Positions 38,299 through 50,258 of a stretch of 64,000 nucleotides of DNA are shown here, piece after piece (positions within the stretch are counted from its first letter, which is position 1; the number at the start of each line of letters is the position of its first letter). This stretch comes from Trichosphaerium sp. ATCC 40318 (lineage: Eukaryota; Protista; Tubulinea): positions 124,001 through 188,000 of the forward strand of contig JALMLS010000005.1 of assembly GCA_038496445.1 (NCBI GenBank). The letters run 5' to 3'. The position numbers were made by a program, and so were the translations under genes. The notes under the pieces are model-generated. The model searched no databases. It was not told the origin of the DNA and worked only from the letters and a program-made list of their open reading frames with translations.

Positions 38299-38713
38299 AA
38301 ACGTTCAATTTGTAGACTGGAGTCCAACTGGTTTCAAGAGCGGTATCAACAACTGTCCACCTACTTTTGTACCTGTTGGCAACCTAGCAAAGGTTTACCG
38401 AGCTATTCTTATGCTCGCTAACACTACAGCAATTGCTGAAACATTTTCACACATCAACCGTAAATTCGATTTGATGTTCGCCAAGCGCTTTTGTACGTTC
38501 AGTTTCTCAGAAACTTTTGGATTTTTTTTTTGCTCTATGTTCCAAGTTACTTTCGTTCTCTTTCAGGTCCATTACTATGTCGGAGAAGGCATGGAGGAAG
38601 GTGAATTTAGCGAAGCTCGTGAAGATTTGGCTGCTTTGGAGAAGGATTACGAAGAGGTTGCTTCTGATACTGTTGATGATTATGAAGAAGAAGGTGAATA
38701 CTATGACGAATAA
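38299..38713 (+). pseudogene. 5'-truncated alpha-tubulin fragment
   Basis: [28 protein letters not shown]|[31 protein letters not shown]. Apparent 2-nt loss in KRAF before a retained intron; no upstream tubulin exons after the previous gene. Confidence 0.85.
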
Positions 38714-39165
38714 ATTTAATGTTCGCATACGTAAAAATGATCACCAAAACCCAAACCCTTTTGTATAATTGCTTGTAATAACAACGTTTTTAAAATTTCA
38801 AAAAAAGCCGTCTTTGTTTTTTTGTAGTTGTGAGCAAGTTTGATCGTGTTATTGAATTACGGCATTGATGGATCAATAGGTACAAGTTGTGAAGACTTTA
38901 TTTTATTCTGTCTTTCTATCTGCAATCGATGCTCGATACTTGGGTGTTTGAAAACTGATTCTACATGTAGCTCTGAGAGATGCCCATCCAATTAACTTTA
39001 CAGATAAATTCTAGAATCTAGAAATTAGAAATACTGCTACTCTAAGCCCTATATTGTCGGTGACTTACCTCAGCTGAATAAAATAAAAAAAGTACTGATA
39101 AAGGGTTTGTTTATTTATAGTATATACAAGGCGTATCATCCAATGATACGAAAGTTCGCACGTGA

Positions 39166-40070
39166 TCATACCTTCGCCAATACATGCCTGAATTTTTTGA
39201 GTGCTGGGTCATCTTTACTGACCAAACCCTTCTTTACTTTACGAACTTGTGAAACGACTGTATCAAACTTTTTCATATCAGGTACGTCAAATACGCCATC
39301 TCCATTGACCTTGTTATTTGGCATCTTCTTATAACGTTGTGATAGTGTTGTTCCTTTAACCCAACCACATGCCCAAAGTGCATCAGGTTCAACAAGTGGA
39401 CGAATAACACCCTTGGAATTCAAGTAGAATCCACTTTTAAACCTTCTACATCCTGTTTTGTTGATCACTTTGCGAGCACCCTTCAATACCTCAAGTACAG
39501 CCGCAAATGTTGCATTTGCTTTTGGCATTCCTGTCATCACGTAAAATGTTCTTTTACTGATTGGTTGATTTCCTAGACCATAGGGTGAGTCATACATCAC
39601 GATCACAAAAGTAACAAAGCAAACAATTACATACCTAAACCAGATTTGATTTTTTCTTCAATCCAAGCTGTACGAACTGCTTTTTGAATCTTATCGTATG
39701 GTGTCCACCATGTTCTCATTGAGCAAGAGTCGCTGATATGAGCACAATAACATGTGCCATTTGGATTTGGGCTGATGATTCCGATACAAGGACCCAAACC
39801 AGCAACACCACAAGGTTTTGCTATCATAAACTGTTAGAGTACATCACAGGCTTTAGAACATACGCAATGACTTCATGAATGTGCCTCCGACACCTCCTCC
39901 AACAGTTGCAGGGTTAACTGTGGGTTTCGTTGTACTATCATGAAGAGTGTCAGTAATCATTGGATTTCACTTGACGATAAATTAACGTACACTGGTGCCT
40001 TTGATGGTTTCTTCTTTTGAGTGACAAGTTTCTTTGTCTTGTTGTTGGTTGATGTTTGTTTGTTTGACAT
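39166..40070 (-). CDS. Unknown basic protein with a CheD/CNF1/YfiH-like Cys-His motif
   Basis: Three GT-AG introns give one open frame from MSNKQ through GVAGLGPCIGIISPNPNGTCYCAHISD to TFYVMTG. 3' end uncertain. Confidence 0.6.
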
Positions 40071-41202
40071 TTAGCTTGTTGTTGTTTGTGTTGGTTGTTA
40101 TTGATTTTGATTTTTTTTTCAAGTCAGTGAACAAGAATGACGTGACAACCACAATTTTTATTTGGTTTCCTCGATAAACTCTTTGCTGCACGAGCACTTC
40201 TTTCGCGATACCTAGTGCTAGCGAGTGCTAATACTATGTATTGGAGCTTTATCAACCTATTTAATGGTATCGTATAGTTTATAGTCTATACTACCGCTTT
40301 TAGGGTTGATCACGGTCATTCTGAAAGCAGAAACGTGACAAGAAGCCCTCTATCAATAAGTTTTATGTGAAATCTCACGAGAAACATCGTGAATACATTA
40401 CGCGAATCTTGGCATCAGACTAGAAACGTAAACGAGTGTGTAATCAACCGATTTATTCAATCTAAATATATCACGTCAGTGTAATCAAAACTATTTTAGG
40501 ATTTAAAACTAATAATTTGCAGCGCGTTACACAGCAACGCTTGAGAGTAAGCCAAGATAACAATCAGGATGAGTTAACTGCCAAAACACCTGCATGTCGA
40601 TATAATAAGAATAGTTGTCATGCTGTGCTTGAATCTTGGTAGGTTGGAGAATCAGCCGTACGTATTGGGATGAATACAGCGGAATGGTTGATACTGTCAC
40701 CGTCAATCATTGCGAAACAAAGAATATATTTCATAGTTGCCTGAAAGCCACTTGGAAGCTAAATCTGGATATCTTGTTAAAGCGTTTTCTGTATCTTCAC
40801 ATTGCTTCCTCTCACCACAGTCAACATAGAACTCTCCCTCTACCAGCTCTTTTTCTCCATTTATATGGATCAATTGTCCTCCTCCATAGCAAACCCCATA
40901 GCCGTAACCACAGGCAGTCAAAGCGAATAGTGGACATCGAAGGAAGCAACAGTCGTTACAAAATACCTTGGCTTTGCTTTCCGCCACACGCCATTGAGAG
41001 AAGCTATTGCAACACTAACTCACAAAAAAAACTGAATGAAGTTTATGTAAAATTAATAAACTCCAACTTCCCTACAACCGCAGTTCTTGTTCAATACGTT
41101 TCTATGCTACACGCCCATACAATAAATAAACGGGTAAAGCGTCAGCCACCGCACGCGAACAAGTAACTGCTTATTTTTTTGCAAACAAACTAGTTGTACA
41201 AC

Positions 41203-43181
41203 ATGTCATTTAACATTAGTGAAAAGTTGTCCAGAGAACCACCTAAGTTCGTATTTTGGTTAAGTGTACCTTTGCTGGCAGCAAGCACGCAATATGTCAA
41301 AAGGTTTTGGTTATTTAGCTGTTGGTTCGCTTGCGATAGCGGCTTACACTTACTACACAAAAGGTTTGCTGGATATTGCTTATCACGCTTCTCACTTGGC
41401 TTAGCTATCAGTCCGCCGCAGCTGTACTATAAATCAAACACACAGAATAACCAAATTTTGAAGTCATGCCCATTGTTGAAAGCATCGTACTACCCTACGT
41501 TCTGGGCATGGGGATCTAACTTTACAACGATCTTTGGAGCGCAATTGCGTCACATTCCCAAAATGACTTCCAACGTGTACGCAGACTCCGCAACAGCGTT
41601 TTTAAGCGTGTGGAAACCACGCAGGCGAATTGTAGCGGCCCAAAACAATTCAATACGTTAAAACTGCCACTAACACGTATTAGTGAACCCTTTCACTTCT
41701 CTGATGGAGGTGAGACTGCTTTGGTGTGGTATGGCAATAAGGTAAATCGGAACAAAGAACCAACGCTTGCTATTCTACCAGGTAAGTATTTGAGCGTATA
41801 ATTTATCATTCTGATGCTTATCATCGCCATTTAAATTACACCGAGTTTTTGCGGTACAATACAATTTCCCACCTTTTGTAATATTTCTGGTCGTCAGCTT
41901 GATGTTTAACCCTCGTATAGGTCTTAACGGTAGATCTGATGATTGTTACGTACGCTCTATGGCTTATAGTGCCGTAAACAAAGGGTGGCAAGTGGTTGTG
42001 ATTAATCACAGGTAGCAAAGAAATAACTTTTTTATGTACGTAGTGACACGTGTCATAGGGGTAAATATGTGCCTCTAAAGAGTAAGCGCATGTACAGGTA
42101 AGCAACAAATATTGTTATTATCATTGAAGACAGCATCTGTTTGAAAAAGGAATACGTTTTTGACACCTGAGTAGTGCCGCTTGGACTCAGGATTTACACG
42201 ATATTTTTAAGCATATACGTGAGCAACTACCTGAATCCTTACTCGTGGGTATTGGTTACTCACTTGGCAGCAACATTATGCTAAAATATGTTGCTGAAAC
42301 AGGGGAAAAATGTCCTCTCAGTACGCTTTTTTCTCTTAGTTTTAACCTTCATAGTATCTTGTTTGTCTATGTTTACTGTTCCCTAGATGCAGCCATTTCG
42401 GTCTCAAACCCTTTCAACTTCCCATTGTGTGCTAAGCACTTGGAAAAAAATACATTGTACAATTCTTATCTAGCTCGGCAGACTGTAAAATCATTCAAAA
42501 GGTAAGTCAGTTGACATGAAAACAAAATCCAAAAAATTCAGCACAACTTCTGTTATTTTTTTCAAAACGTTACAGGTACTTTGTGAAATCATTCGTTAAC
42601 AACTGAACTATTAGTATGGAGCATATTTTCGATGATGGGTCTTTAGATTTTGACAAAATACACAAGGTTAAGTGTCAACTAGCAAATAATAGGCTTAATA
42701 TTGTATTTACTAGTGCACAACAATGAGAGCCTTCGATCGGTATACAATAGCCCCTCACTTTGGTTATGCTGATGAAGAAGAATACTACCATGATGCAAGT
42801 TGTTGTCACAGACTTTCAAGTATGCAACAAGTTGAACCTGTTTTTGCTAGACTTGTTTCATAGTAATTGATGTTAACTTTGCCTTTTTGTAGGTATACGA
42901 ATTCCTGTACTTTGTATAAATGCTGCGGATGATCCAATCATACCTGCAGACTGTATACCGACAAACACATGTTGCTTTACAGATAATGTGCTGCTTGTCG
43001 TTGTCAAAAAAGGTATGTAGCTTTTGAACCACAACAATCCCGCCTTCTATTGCACTAACACTGCTATACAGGAGGCCATATTGGATTTATAGAAGGCCTA
43101 TGGCCTTTTGGAGCTACAACTTGGTTAGATAGAGTTGTACCAGAGTATCTAGAAGCACTAAGACGTGACATTTATGCATAA
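41203..43181 (+). CDS. Alpha/beta hydrolase, ABHD1/2/3 (YheT) family
   Basis: YYPTFW, DGGETALVW, LPGLNG, VVINHRG, GYSLG (Ser), INAADDP (Asp), GGHIGF (His). Confidence 0.92.
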
Positions 43182-43212
43182 AAGTCGATTTAAAAAACAA
43201 AGCTTATTAAGT

Positions 43213-44769
43213 TTATTTCATTAACTCATTCAATGATTTACGAATATGCTGAGCTCTTTTCATGGTATCTGCATGAATGTAATTGACTTTACACCACTCA
43301 TCAGAATATCCGCTTGCAACCCATGAATCATAGACGTTGATTAAGGTTTGAGTCTTGTCCGTTTTTTCAAATAGGCACTTTTTCTCATCTGCAGCTCTTT
43401 CTTTACCTCGTGGCCGAACGAATACAGAAGGTACAGTATCCATTGCTACTACAGTCAACGCTTCGGCTAGCTTACCTTCTGTGCGTCCAGCGCTCAACAC
43501 CTTCAAATTGTGGAAGGCTACAGGCAGCTTGACTATTGCCTTTCCTTCGTTTGTAATGTCACCTCTGCCATCTAAAGCCCCGATAGAGCACAGACGCTGA
43601 TACGCTGTTTGGATTCTATTCTTGTCTGGATTGTCGATGAATGTCATTGCTGAAACATCAAAATCAAGTGCCTTCATTAGCAGAACGGTACTTGTAATTG
43701 GTAAGCGCAGAATGTCGGGTATATAGTTTTTGTGCAAAGCTTGTTTGTTGTAGAGCCTACAAACAGTACCAGGACCATCTAGGCACGCAAGGTTGGCTCT
43801 TTTGGTTGCCTCCATTGTAGTGACATGTTGCACAACAATATCTGTTCTGTCGGTGGATGGATCGTATTCTAAGCGTTCTGTGTAGCCACAATCAATAACT
43901 AGAGAAATACCTGGTATTCTAACAAAACTATCCACTTGGCTTGTTGCTAGGATTATCTTTCGTTTTCCTGTTTTATCTGTTTTATATAAATCTTCTATTT
44001 CGTTTGCCGACATTGCGGAGTATAAAGGGAGAATAACTGCATCCAAACCTGACAGATATTGACGAGCGAGTTCAAGATCAGGCTTCTTCGGAAGAATAAC
44101 CAGAATATCTCCATTGTTGTGATCATCGAAAAGTGACTTTGTGTTTGTTAAAGCAACTTCCATGAAGTTGTTTAATGTGCTAGATGTAGGCACATTAATA
44201 TGCTCAACTGTCAAAGGAAAGATACGTCCTGGAACAACAAAGATTGGGCAGGATCCAAAGAAATCAGATACTTTAGCATTGACATAAGCATCGACACTTA
44301 ATACTACCTTCAAGTCCTTTCTTTGTTGAATCAGGTTGCGTACAAGAGCCATTAAGGTGTCTGTCGCTACTGTACGTTCCTTCACATCTCCTATTATTAT
44401 TGTAGAGTAATCTTGTAGCGTTTTGTTCTCAAGGAATGTTCGCAATAGCATCTGGTCCATAGTGTATTGAATAATTGTTGATTTGGATGTACACTGATCA
44501 AACGGGCATGTATAGCCAACTTTTTGCCCCAAAGATGCATTATCATACTCCCCAGCAACGCGGTTTGCCATGGAAATGGCTTTGCGATCGCTTGTAAGCG
44601 TACAAACAATTTTACCAACAGCTCCTGCTGACAAGAGATACTGTGGTAACTGGCTTACAACATCGTCACCATTATTAGTCTGTACAGCCAAAACTTGGTA
44701 TTTGTTTAATGCCTTTAGTAAAGATTCTTTGTATGGATATATGGGTAGTGTTGATTTGATAGGTTCCAT
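43213..44769 (-). CDS. Intronless DEAH-box (Prp2/Prp22-like) helicase homologue with degenerate catalytic motifs
   Basis: LPIYPYK, LGQKVGY, ERTVATDTLM, PIFVVPGRIFP, LPLYSAM, RKIILAT, HA2 region and WCKVNYI are kept; Walker A, DEAH, SAT and motif VI are altered. Confidence 0.9.
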   Translation of the reverse strand: MEPIKSTLPIYPYKESLLKALNKYQVLAVQTNNGDDVVSQLPQYLLSAGAVGKIVCTLTSDRKAISMANRVAGEYDNASLGQKVGYTCPFDQCTSKSTIIQYTMDQMLLRTFLENKTLQDYSTIIIGDVKERTVATDTLMALVRNLIQQRKDLKVVLSVDAYVNAKVSDFFGSCPIFVVPGRIFPLTVEHINVPTSSTLNNFMEVALTNTKSLFDDHNNGDILVILPKKPDLELARQYLSGLDAVILPLYSAMSANEIEDLYKTDKTGKRKIILATSQVDSFVRIPGISLVIDCGYTERLEYDPSTDRTDIVVQHVTTMEATKRANLACLDGPGTVCRLYNKQALHKNYIPDILRLPITSTVLLMKALDFDVSAMTFIDNPDKNRIQTAYQRLCSIGALDGRGDITNEGKAIVKLPVAFHNLKVLSAGRTEGKLAEALTVVAMDTVPSVFVRPRGKERAADEKKCLFEKTDKTQTLINVYDSWVASGYSDEWCKVNYIHADTMKRAQHIRKSLNELMK

Positions 44770-45055
44770 AGTTGCTATTGAAGAGTTGGTCGTGGTTTAA
44801 TGAAAACTCGCAAGCAATTGAAAAAAGCAAAGCAAAATCGTTGCGCAACACACAAATGGAACAACACAGAAAAGCAGCAAAAATATCACAGGAGTTTATG
44901 ACTTACAGCGGTACATGTTGTAGACGCTTTAGAATATAACCGCAAAGAAATTGCAAGTCAAAAACTAAGAAAAAAATAAGAGTACAAAAGTAAACCACTT
45001 AACGAAGAGTTGTGTTCCAAATACATTTTGTTACTACTTTGTCTAAAAACCTTCG

Positions 45056-45966
45056 ATGCCTCCAAAACGAAAGCGTATAGCAACGCTTGCCTCAACATTC
45101 CATGAATTACCTGTAGAAATTATAGCAACGATCGTTGGACGCTCTATAGATTCTTCAGAGCCTTTTAGCGATTTTTCTCGCGTTCTTTATCTTTCTAAGG
45201 GCGTTTATAAAGCGTTGCTTTCTCAACCCAATTATTGGCGTTGTAAGGTAGCCAAAGAGGTCAAAACAGCGTTTCACGATACATTTTATTGTTGTGCTAG
45301 AGGTGATGGTGGTTGGTTCTACAGAAATCATAAAATAGCTCCCTGCGGCACATTGTATGCTATGGATGATGGTTTCGACTTCAGTCCAGCGAAGAATCCA
45401 GATAGAACAGCGCAAGAATGGAAATATTATTTAGAAAGTGGAATCAACTTTTCATTGAAGTTGACAGCAATACTTGAGCAATTGGATTACAATGATTTCT
45501 TCAGAGCTTTCGGATACGGTGGTCCACGTCCTATGGCTTTCATGGTTCCGCCATGTCCTGATGCTGAGTTATCGACATTTGGTGCAAACTATGTCTTCAA
45601 GACAGCAAACCCTGATGGCAAGGTTGTCACTTCTGAACAAGATCCGTCAGGTGCTGGTTTGTTTATAGAAGATAGTTACGAAGATTTTATGAAAGCATAA
45701 AGGAGAACAGTGCAGAAGAAGATAAAGAAGAAAATGAGGAAAATGGCGAAGACAATAGTGAAGACAGTGAGGCCAGTACACAAAAACGTTCAAGAGAGTC
45801 ACAAGTAGAGATGTGTGATGAAAAAATACGTAAATTAATGGAAGATTATAACCTGCCTTTAATGAGAGCTGAAGGAGGGATAACAGATTCTAGTATTGAT
45901 ATTCTGTATATCGCTGACGGAAAGACAGGTTTGTTTGCAGGTGCAGGAATCTTTAAATGCTGGTAG
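45056..45966 (+). pseudogene. Frameshifted copy of the F-box-like gene (intact copy at 19600-20499)
   Basis: GCATTAAAG becomes GCATAAAG at ~45698, giving a premature TAA; downstream sequence still matches to GIFKCW*. Confidence 0.75.
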
Positions 45967-46316
45967 TACAACGTGCTTTGCTTAATAAATACTTACTTTG
46001 AAGCTCTGCTGTGAAGCGTGTTCAACTGTGAAGCGTGTTCAACTGTGGCGTACGCTTGTCATACTTTCCTTTAAGAACTTGTACCAATCCCTTCTCAACC
46101 AGTACCTGTTACGTTGGGTATTGACTTTACTACAGTGGTTTGGATTCAGTGTGTAAGGAAGTGGTCTTGACCGCCTTTTGGCGTAGCTGTACTTCCTTAT
46201 AAGTGGCTAAATAAAACCGAGGTAATCAAGTGCCTCGCTAAAAAATTTGTAGAAAACACGTGATTTTTATTGACGAAAGCTCCGAGTTTAATTTAATACA
46301 ACTTTTCCGGTCTAGA

Positions 46317-48223
46317 ATGAACCACACTAACGGTACCTTTGCGCCAACACCAGATGGCATTGAAACTTCCGCTGCAGCGGGATACATTGCTGTAGTTATC
46401 GCTGCAGTTTGCTTTGGCTCAAACTTTATCCCTGTACGTAGTTAAACAAGTTCACGTGCCTTTTCTTTTTCGTGTTACTTTTTTTTGGTCGTAACTCGTG
46501 TTGTAAGCGTACACGCGTCCAATTAGCTTGTTTGTAATGTTTTTCGGGTAGGTAAAGAAATTTAAGACTGGTGATGGTATGTTCTTCCAGTGGGTCATGT
46601 GTAGGTACGTTAGCCGCTGGAAACAAGCCGACCATACGTTTGAAAAATTTTTGGTAACTTTGTTAGTGCCATATTTATAATGGGCTTTTTCGCACATGCT
46701 TACAGCGGGTTTCCTAAATTTCAACCGTTGGCCATGTTGGGCGGATTTTTGTGGACAACAGGTACGGTTTTTTTTTTGTCTGTCATTTCGCTAAACGTGA
46801 TATGTAGGAAACGTATTATGCGTGAGTTCTTTTTGAGTTTTTTTTTGATCTTCGAATTTTACAGCAACATGTCTTGTAGGTACCAGTTATACAGATGATC
46901 GGTTTGGCGTTAGCTGTAACTATATGGGGTTTATCTAATTTACTCATGGGATGGTGTAGTGGATATTTTGGACTTTATGGCCTAAATAAGGTTCGGTTGT
47001 TCAAAATGAAAAAAAACTCAGAAGAACCTAACTGACATTATCTCAGCAAACTGTAAACAATCAAGCTTTTAATTTTGTCGGTGTTGTATTCGCTATTATT
47101 GCTATAGGCGTTCTAATATTCGTACGTCCTGTATCCGTTGGTGATCCAAGGTACGCACGTGCCCTATTAAGACATTCTTATTGTATTCTAAACACAAAAC
47201 AAGCGACAAGAACGAAAAAGCTAAGCTCATGAGCAAAGATCCAGAGTGCGCAGTAAAAATAAAATCATGTTTTGTCCAAAAAAGCACAGACTAATACTGT
47301 GTATAAACCAAACTAACAATTACAAATAGGCTTTTTAATAAAGCTACAGAGCTGAGTATGTGGAAAAGACACTGTTATAAAAATTTGTGTTAATACTATT
47401 ACACAGCGAGGAGTATTGATGGAGAGGCACAAGGTACTATTACAAATGAATCATCATATGATGACGATGAACCTAAAACTTTTTGGGCAAAGGCACGTCT
47501 ATTTTTTGTCTCTTTTTGTAGATTTCTATTTCCTAATATTTTCTTAGATTCCTCAACCTTGGAGTCACGTTATTGGTATTTCTGGAGCATTGCTTGCTGG
47601 TCTTTTTTTTGGAAATTCATTTAATCCTCCTCAATGGCTTATAGACAATGACGAAAACGCTTCAAATGAAAGTACGACACTTTTCAGTCTATTTGAGATA
47701 ATAATTCTATTTTTTTTTTCGAAAAAGATATGGACTATGTATTTGCTTTTTTCTTTGGTATCTGGCTTACAAGCACAACGTACTTTATGATTTATTGTGC
47801 CATTATGAAGAATTCACCTAAAATATATCCAAAAATCATACTTCCAGCATTGATAGCAGGTACATACATACTGAGCCAATAAAACTTGCTTAAAAAATTT
47901 GTATTCTAGGTTTACTTTGGGGAGCTGCTGAGATTTCATGGTTCGTGGCAAATCAGAACCTTAGCTTTGTAGTATCATTCCCTCTTATCACAACTGCACC
48001 TGGTATAATATCAGCTTTATGGGCAATATTCTTATTTAAGGAAATAAGAGGGATAAAAAACTTCGCATTCTTAGGATGTGGATTCTTGGCAACAATTCTT
48101 TGCGGTGTACGTTTGAAACAAAAAAAAACGTTGCTTCTTTTTTCACCACGTGTCATCCTTTATACAATTTGTATAACTTACATTGAGTTTATCAAGGTGT
48201 TCATAGCACTATCACGAAGCTGA
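46317..48223 (+). CDS. TMEM144: TMEM144-family (DMT superfamily) transporter
   Basis: [71 protein letters not shown]. Confidence 0.92.
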
Positions 48224-48333
48224 ACAGAAAGAGATAAAACAAAAAAATGTTGATGTAACTTGGGCGATTAAAAAACAAACACAAGTCAAAAATTGTAACT
48301 AAGGATGTTTCCTTTTTGTTGTTATTTTTTTTT

Positions 48334-50258
48334 TTACATAGCGTCAAGTTGTACAACTTCAGTACCAGCATCAGTTTCATCAGCGACATCATAAGTGGTT
48401 GGTTCTTCTTCTTTTTCTTTTTTCTTTGATTTTATCCTCATAAAAATAACTACAACAGCGACTACTAGGAAGATAGCAAAAACTGAAAAAAAGAAGTAAG
48501 TACAAAACAGGATAATGTTTAAACTTTTCAAAGCGTACCAACAAAGATAATGATAATGATAATGATCCCTGCTGCTAGTCCACTTGATCCTGTGGGTGCT
48601 AGATTGTTATTTCCAGTATCAGCACTAGTTGGAGACTCAACCGGAGACTGAACTGGAGACGCAACAGTTGGGGTTACTGTTGGTCCAACACTGAGACGGT
48701 TTACCAAAGCAGAACGTGCAATTTGCTATAGTTATATTAGTATTCTTTTAATATTTGTACGTTACTAACCTTAACATCTGTGATTATGCCATTGGTTCTT
48801 ACATTAAGCAAGAGGAATATGGTATGTGCTCTAATACTAGTAAGACACAAAAAACTCGTACGTCTAAAAATTATCCAAAAAAAACAAGTACTCTGATTGT
48901 TCAATGGAACGTTTTTTGCTCTCACTAGGAAGCTTTAACGTCATTGTGAAACTGTAAGAATCTAAAATGCGGATGCAATAAGTATATGGTATTTTAAAAG
49001 ACGTAAACGGAAAAGGACAAGTACCTGGTGGCGAATTAAGATTAAGAGGTGTTATAATTTGATCTTCAAAATCGATTTTGCCAGAGACAGTCACTGTTAC
49101 AGGCTAGTAACAGTTAGTTTACGTGACAAATACCTAAAGTCTCTTACTTCAGGTGTAGGTGACCAAGTGATTCTACAATAGTATTGTTGACCCTAAAATA
49201 AATGTTACGCGTAATCTCTAGCATTTTAATTGAGAAATGTGTACCTCGTTTAACAGTGCCGTTAACTTGTTAGTAAAGCTACTAGTTGGGTACATTGAAA
49301 AAGAGAGTCCAGAGAGTCTGCCATCAAATGGCGCTTCACTTGGACTCAAGGTAGTTGGTGAAACTGTTGTTGGAGATGTTGTAGGTGGAACAGTTGTTGG
49401 CGCTGTAGTAGTTGGATCAAAATAAAACCCTAGCATTTGTTAATGTACGAATTATACATTTAAGTTGGTTACCAAGACGGTTGTTGTCTGTTGTGTTAGC
49501 ATTAAGTACGTCAGCCAAAGCAGCTTCTGTCCAGCCACTTTCAAAATCGTCAATGTTAATGCTATCAACACTAAGTGCATCTAAGCTGTAAGAAGTTTCG
49601 CTAAAATCCCCTGTTACAACTGAAACAGCGTCACAAACGGTTCCGTTATTAGCTGGATCGTATAGAATGATTGTGTCGTTGCCTATGTAGCTATATTCAG
49701 AGAAGAACACGTATAGCGTCTAAAATACGAAAACTGTTTTACGGACCGTCAAACTCCAAGTTTTCTAGTTCGTTTTGTATCGCTACAGCGTATGCAGGTT
49801 CTGATGCACCATCTTGTGCAATAAGGTAAACATCTACAGTCAAAGTGAGAACGTCATGGCGTTGGCTTGATTTTTGCGATTATAGCAAATCTGCCAGTTG
49901 GTACGCACTCGATGGATCTACTGTTCCGTCTAAGTCTAGTTTATGATCAGGTGGAGCAAGTGGCGCGCTTTTCCAAAGCTATAAGTTGTAAGCATAAACA
50001 GTGATTAGTTCCCAACCTCAGAGAGTTCGTTGTTGTATCTACGTAAGAATCAGCGTTAAATTTAAAGCAGTTCGCGTACATTCCAAGGCTCAAACCTGTC
50101 AAATTTGCTGTAACTGCCGTAGGGTTATACAACTCAACGTATTTATTTAAACCAGACCCCTCATAGTATTGAGTAATGCGTATGCCTTGGCAAAGATTTG
50201 CATTCGCTGCTACTGTTAAAATAGCAAGCGTTATGATAGCTACGTTAATAAAGGACAT
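48334..50258 (-). CDS. Type I surface protein with N-terminal lamin-tail (LTD) domain and Thr/Pro stalk
   Basis: Signal peptide; ITQYYEGSGLNKYVELYNPT..LTGLSLGMYAN; LEFDG|NDTIIL; PTT repeats; TM GIIIIIIF..FAIFLVVAVVVIF then a basic stop-transfer segment. Confidence 0.75.

Noticed and set aside
40636-41166. 176-aa + strand ORF and overlapping Cys-rich - strand ORF (40703-40987)
   Set aside because: Non-ATG starts, no recognisable motifs and no consistent splice model; left uncalled.
46010-46046. 17-bp direct repeat TGTGAAGCGTGTTCAAC as a target-site duplication
   Set aside because: The copies are adjacent and flank nothing; the duplicate locus has one copy, so it is a simple tandem duplication.
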